Assembly (NCBI GenBank): GCA_965644315.1
Contig: CBFFRQ010000040.1
Location: 62,001 to 126,000, forward strand
Length of the DNA: 64,000 nt
Source: Caecitellus pseudoparvulus
Taxonomy: Eukaryota; Protista; Bigyra: Bicosoecida
Direction: 5' to 3'
A program made the position numbers and the translations under genes. Position 1 is the stretch's first letter. Each line of letters starts with the position of its first letter. Positions 58,857-64,000 of the stretch are shown here, one piece after another. Below the pieces are notes generated by a model. It was not told the DNA's origin. It worked only from the letters and a program-made list of their open reading frames with translations, and ran no database searches.

Positions 58857-59294
58857 TCACATGCACATGCGGTCGCTCTTGTGCTTGGAGCGCTTCTCCA
58901 GCAGCTCTGTGCGCGTGAGGGGGCGGCTGCTGACCTCCTTGACGATTTTGTAGCTGCCAATGCTGGTGCGGGATTTCACGCGGTACTTGGCCACGTGCCC
59001 CCCCTGCGAGGCGTACGTGCCAAAGGCGTCTTCTTCCGCACGCAGACGCTTGGAGGCGGCGTCTGCTTCGTCCTCTGCGTGCTGGATGGCGACGCTGTGC
59101 TCCACTTCCTGGGCAGGAGCAGCTGAGCCATTTGCAGCTGCTTGCGCGCCAGCCTGGGCGGCGTCCTGCCTGGCCCGCTTCGTGCCCTTGCTGCTTTTCT
59201 TCTTGCTCTTCTTGGATGAGAGAGAGGTGCCTCCCTTCAGGCGCAGCTTGCCCCGCTTCACCTTCGCGAAGGCGTCCTGCTCCGCGTCCGCCAT
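58857..59294 (-). CDS. Short FRG1-like basic nuclear protein (145 aa)
   Basis: N-terminal FAKVKRGKLRLKG plus Lys tract, and C-terminal ELLEKRSKHKSDRMCM, resemble the FRG1 termini (YVKSTKLVLKG; LLDRRAKLKADRYC). Confidence 0.6.
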   Translation of the reverse strand: MADAEQDAFAKVKRGKLRLKGGTSLSSKKSKKKSSKGTKRARQDAAQAGAQAAANGSAAPAQEVEHSVAIQHAEDEADAASKRLRAEEDAFGTYASQGGHVAKYRVKSRTSIGSYKIVKEVSSRPLTRTELLEKRSKHKSDRMCM

Positions 59295-59722
59295 GTTGAG
59301 AGGAAACGCGGACGAAACGTCAGTCGTTAGTCGATTCCTACGCGCCAGGTAAGCACTCCAGCGTGTTCCCGATACCAGCTGGCTTAAACTTCACAACCAA
59401 TTGAACGGTTGAAATGCGCTGTATTGAGGTTTGGGCGGAAGTGCACGCTTGGGGGGCATTGGGACGCGCAGGAGTCCTGGTCCGCCCTCAGCCAACCACT
59501 GATCGTGAAAAGGACGCCACAGAGGGGATTCCCACAGAGATGCACTGCAAAGTCATCCCTGGTCCATGCTCCAAGGGCCTGGGCAGTGCTCAGGCCACAG
59601 CCTGGGGCCATACCGTGCGGCCACAGCACGCAGCCTCTTGAACCGGCAGTGCAGCAAGGCGCTCTGAGCGACTTTCCAGCTCTGAAGTCGTTCCACATTG
59701 CGCTGGCCAGTCACTGGAACAG

Positions 59723-60811
59723 CTAGCCAGTTGACGGGGGGCCCGCCTCGTCGCCTGTGCCGGCTTGGGCGGCAGCGGCGCCAGGCGGCGGCGGAAGGAC
59801 GTGCTCCGGCAATTTCTGGCCACTTGCTTCAAGGGCCAGGACCACTGCGGGACTGAGGCCCAGCTCTTGCCATTCTGGCGCCGCGGCGTGCGGGCCCGTG
59901 GCGGTGGGGCTGAAGGGGACGTTTTTGCCCAGGGAAGTGCGAGCTGTGATTTGCTGCTTGATGACAGCCATTGCCGGCAGCAGCATGAGGTGCGGCACGC
60001 CTTGCACCGCAACGAGGAGGTGCAAATGCAGCTGGTTCACGTCGGAAGACAGCGGCAGGTGCGTGAGGGAAGGCAGCAGGTACAGGCAGCCAGGCCGCAT
60101 GCCGTTTCCGCCCAGCGCTGCGTTGACGTTGCGCACCAGCTCTTCGTCGGAAATGCACGCCTTGGCGGCGAGGGCCTTGCTGCCCTCCTCCCGCTTGATG
60201 ACATTGTGTTGAAATACGAACTGCTGCCCTGCCTGTGGCCCCGTGGCGGGCTGGTACAGCCACGAGTACACGACGGGGACGTGGGCGTTGTGCGGGGCGT
60301 GTTGAAGCGTGGCTTTGGTCAGGCGCACGACGAAGTCCAGGAGCTCGGTCACCACCATCATGCCCACAGCTGCAATGGCCTTGTGCTCGGCTGGCGTGTA
60401 CTCCCGTGTTGGCGGCGCCTCGGCGGCGCCTGCGCTGCCTGGCGTTTCGCCGGTGCCTCTGCTGGCCAGCGCAGCAGACACCAGTGCGTCCATGTCGCCA
60501 GCACAGCCCATGTCCAGCAGGCGACACGCCAGCACGGGGCGTTCCTGGGGCTGTGACTTGCCGCTCTGCTTGCTCACTTGCACCATGGGCACGGGGACTG
60601 TCTGGTCGTCGACCGCGCTCACGCTTTGTCTCAGGCGGTTTGAGATCAACTGCGTCCCGGGCTCCAGGTCAAACGGCAGAGGGTGCGGGCCGAATGCGGC
60701 AAGTGCTTGTTCGGCGCCCCATTTCTGCAGCTCCTCCTTCACTGTCTCGGACAGGAAGTACTGCGCCGCGGGGCAGTCGGGCTGCTCCCGAATTCCGCTG
60801 CTGGAGCTCAT
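59723..60811 (-). CDS. Uncharacterised protein, possible HIT-like motif
   Basis: Long ORF with host-like codon usage. Contains DVNQLHLHLL. Start is uncertain. Confidence 0.55.
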   Translation of the reverse strand: MSSSSGIREQPDCPAAQYFLSETVKEELQKWGAEQALAAFGPHPLPFDLEPGTQLISNRLRQSVSAVDDQTVPVPMVQVSKQSGKSQPQERPVLACRLLDMGCAGDMDALVSAALASRGTGETPGSAGAAEAPPTREYTPAEHKAIAAVGMMVVTELLDFVVRLTKATLQHAPHNAHVPVVYSWLYQPATGPQAGQQFVFQHNVIKREEGSKALAAKACISDEELVRNVNAALGGNGMRPGCLYLLPSLTHLPLSSDVNQLHLHLLVAVQGVPHLMLLPAMAVIKQQITARTSLGKNVPFSPTATGPHAAAPEWQELGLSPAVVLALEASGQKLPEHVLPPPPGAAAAQAGTGDEAGPPSTG

Positions 60812-61004
60812 GGCATGTGGCGCAGAAGCCCGGCTGGGTGCCGGGCACGGGAGCGGCACATGGGACGCATCGCATGTGCGGCATGTATTTGCTGCAGTGC
60901 GGGTTGTGGGGCTGGGCGCAGAGTGCACTGCGCGCGCCAACGTGCCCTCGCCAGCACATGCGCCTGCGTTTCACCACGCCAACGCGTGCGCCGCCTGCTC
61001 CACG

Positions 61005-62008
61005 TCACTTGACAGTGGCACGCTTGAACAGCAGACCCTCCGGGTACTCTGCTGCTCCCGGCAAGCTTCGCGTGCTTGGTGCATCGCTGCCTTGGGCCGG
61101 CTTGCTCGTCGCTGCGCGCTCCAATTGACTCTGCAGCGCAGTGCGTGCCTGAGGCAGCACACTGCGGCGCCAGCGCTGCACCAGGGCCGCTGCGCCCATG
61201 GCTTCCTCATACAGCGCTTGCCCTGTTTCGTCCCCGGCTGCTGGCCGCGGCAGGGCGCTGTCGGGCGTCGACACAGCTTGCTGCGTTGTGGGAGGGTCAA
61301 AGTACGCTGCTTCGTTGCTGATGCTGTCCGCGGCAGAGGTGGAGCAGGCGCTGCCACAGGCGGCAGAGGGCGGCGCGTGGGAAAACGCGAGGATGCACTG
61401 CCGGTGGGCAAACGCCTCTGCGTCAGGGGTGCCCGCAGGCTGTGGAAGGCGCAGGTGCAGGTACAGGGCGTGTCGCAGAGTCTCGGCGGCAAGCAGTGCC
61501 TCCCCGAAGTTCAGCTGAGCCCTGCCAAGCGTCCAGGCTGCAGTGGCCCATTGGGGACGTTGTTCAAGGGCCTTCGACGCCGCCTGGAGATGGAGGGGGC
61601 GTTGAGGAGCAGGGGTGAGCACGTGAGCAGCCGCGTTTCGTGAGGGTTTCGCCTCACCTTGACAGCTTCGAACGCCTCGTCCAGCTCCAGGTGCACCTGA
61701 GCCAGCATCTCCCACACGACTGCATCTGCAGAGTGCACCTGCAGGTACAGCTTGAAGTGGTTTGCTGCCTTGGCCATGGCGCCACTCTCAGCAGCAGCTG
61801 TGCCTGCACGCTTGTGCTCGCTCGCCGCTGCCCGATGGCTGTCGTGGTCTTCATCTGCGCCCTCTGGCTCCGCTGCAAAAGCCTCCAGCGTGGACGCAAA
61901 GGGGGTCATCGCCGCCCGCCGCTTGGGCAGGGACAGCGCACAGACTTCAGGCTTGCAAGCACTGGCTGTGCCATCTCGGCCTGCTTGCCTGGGGCGTTTG
62001 CTCGCCAT
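61005..62008 (-). CDS. TTC33: TPR protein TTC33-like; intron 61657-61584
   Basis: G..AAESG, WEMLAQVHLEL.E.FEAVK|AA..A....P.W..A.WTLGRAQLNFGE follows the TTC33 pattern. Confidence 0.75.
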
Positions 62009-62186
62009 ACTGCTGTGCGTCCGCGCAGATTGACCGGGGCGCCAAATCCAACTGCTCCGCGAACAAAGCCCGCCCCGGTGCAATTGCACAGGACGTACAT
62101 CTCGCCTCTTCCGTGCTTGGCGTTTCCTGGACCAGCGCAAGTGCCGGGACCGCAGTGCGGAGTTTGCTGCACTGCCCCACCACGCC

Positions 62187-64000
62187 ATGGCCTTTGCCGG
62201 CAATTTCCCGCCTCCACCTGTGGTCGAGTCCCGGTCATCGAGTAGGCCTACACGCAAGGCATATGAAGCGCCAAGGTGCGTGTCAGTGACCCTCTCCGCC
62301 GCGCGCCAGTGACGACCAGTGTCTTGTGGCTGGGTGCTGCCATGTGTGACCGCCGTTCACTGCGTCGTCCTCGCAGAATGGACACGCTGCTGGTGCGGTA
62401 CCTGACGTCCCTGCCCAGTGATCTCACCGTGCGGTGCCAGGGGGAGACCTTCGCCCTGCACAGCCTGCTGATGGGGGCGCACTTCAACTTCTTCTCGTCT
62501 CTCGCCTCCTCCACCCTCAGCGATGCGTCGAACGTGGACCTGTCTGACCTCCCGGGCGGGCCGCCGGTGCTGCGCCGACTGCTGGTGTGGCTGGGCGTGG
62601 GGGGCCAGACGGGCCACGGCAGCAGTGTCCTGGCCGACGCGGAGGAGGAGACCATGCTGCTGGTCAAGGTGGCGGCTGCGTTGCAGTTCCTGCAAGTCAA
62701 GGCGCCTATCAGCGACAGCGCTGCGTCAGACGAAAGCCCTCTTGTGGAGAGGCTGGTGTCTGCACTCACAACCAACTTGAACTTGCGTTCCCTGCAGTCG
62801 GGCTCTGGACACTCCCTGAAGCAGGGCCTGAGCTTGATCCTGAAGTTCCTCAGCGCAGTGTCGGAAATTGACGAGTGGGACATGGCACTGCCACGGGGCG
62901 TGCGAGCACTCGTGGAGAGCGCCCTCTGTGCCTGCGCATCCACAATGACAGGAGCACTGCAAGCTCTGTTGAATTGCGAGCCGGGGCCGCTGGGCTGGTG
63001 CCTGCCGTGTTTCCTGCCCACCCTGACACTCGCTGGCGTGCGCACCTGCCCCACGGCGCGCGCAGTGGAGGGCGAGCCCACCGTGCACGAGCTGGTGATG
63101 CTGGCCGGCACGGAGACTGTGCGGTCGGTGCTGGATGACTGTCTGGGGCAGGGCATGGCCAGTGCTGACGCGCTGTTCACGGCTCTGGACATGCTGGAGC
63201 GCCTGAGTCAACCTGTCGGGGTCAGCACCACTGCGGCACAGGGCTGGAACGGCGCCATGGACACAGACGTCGCGCTGCCCATCCTGACCAGCCTGCAACA
63301 GTGCCTGGACTCTCTGTTGGCGTTCCCAGCCACTGACGACGCAGACGGGGGTGCGCCGACGACACAGCCCACGCTCGTCGCTCGACATGCACTGCAGTTG
63401 CTCAACGCTGTGGCTGCAGGGGCAGTGCCCACCCTGGCCTGCTACAGCGACTCGAACAAGGCCCATGGAGTGCACTCTGGGGGTGGCTCCAAGGTCCTTC
63501 CGCCGTGTGAGCTGCCGTCGGGGTTTGATGGTTCGCCGGCGGTTTTCCAGCCCGTGACGCGGCAGGTGAAGAACTCCGAGACGGTGATGCATGGCATCCA
63601 GGGCACCGAAAAATACCAAAACACACCACTGGCCCTCTTGCGCCTGGTTGATATGGAGGCGGTGGGTGCCCTGCCGCTGCCTGTGCAGGCGCACGCGGCT
63701 GCGGAGCGTGCGGCAGCCAACCTGGGCAAGGTGACGGAGGCGCCCTCCTCTGACAAAGACACGGCGGTGGACTGGATCAGCGCCGTGGAGTCCCACAGCA
63801 CGCTGTGCCTGCTGCCAGACCTGCAGAGTCTCCTGCACTTTGCCGATTCCCTGGGCATGTCTGCGGAGTGTGCGCTGACCGCTGCGTGTGTGGCACATGC
63901 GCTGGCTCTGCAAGTGTACGTGTTCAGCCGCCTGGAGTCCAGCAGCACTGCGCAGGAGCTCCGCCGTCTGCACCAGGCTGTGCTGACTGCCGGTGCCGCG
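62187..64000 (+). CDS. BTB/POZ-domain protein, 3'-truncated by window edge; intron 62276-62376
   Basis: SDLTVRCQGETFALHSLLMGAHFNFF...DLPGGP is a BTB start. The frame is absent from the ORF track, consistent with no stop before the window end. Upstream gccATGg exon splices in frame. Confidence 0.7.

Noticed and set aside
1-64000. Bacterial origin or operon interpretation
   Set aside because: Spliceosomal introns and eukaryote-specific genes (ATG5, SLY1, CBP80, PSMB4) occur throughout.

Overview
Compact, GC-rich eukaryotic nuclear DNA from a unicellular protist. The short GT-AG introns (mostly 63-101 nt, GTGCGT/GTGAGT donors, CTGAC/CTCAC branch-like motifs) show it is not bacterial. A stramenopile-like heterotroph is plausible but cannot be proven from this window. 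I built about 26 protein-coding gene models by eye. Recognisable housekeeping genes are importin-5, NSA2, gp210/Nup210, MetH, PTH2, RidA, PTAR1, ATG5, ETHE1, proteasome beta7, CBP80, SLY1 and TTC33. The rest are TPR, ankyrin, EF-hand/WD40, CUE-Smr, Kelch-MORN, ABCB and BTB proteins plus two uncharacterised ORFs. The stand-out feature is a compositionally distinct island (~35.4-42.3 kb) holding an intronless receptor gene. It encodes a signal-like segment, 23+1 near-identical VLR-like LRR modules that vary mostly at the concave-face positions and are patchworks of reused DNA cassettes, Cys-rich caps, a Ser/Thr/Pro stalk and about 9 TM helices. An exact 14-bp direct repeat brackets it. Other oddities are a RAD18-like protein with a single-zinc (SP-RING-like) finger plus WW and NZF domains, a mini-FRG1 lacking the fascin domain, a Kelch-MORN fusion, and a possible HIT-like orphan. 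No tRNA, rRNA, CRISPR array or transposase was found. All family calls come from motif recall, not database searches.
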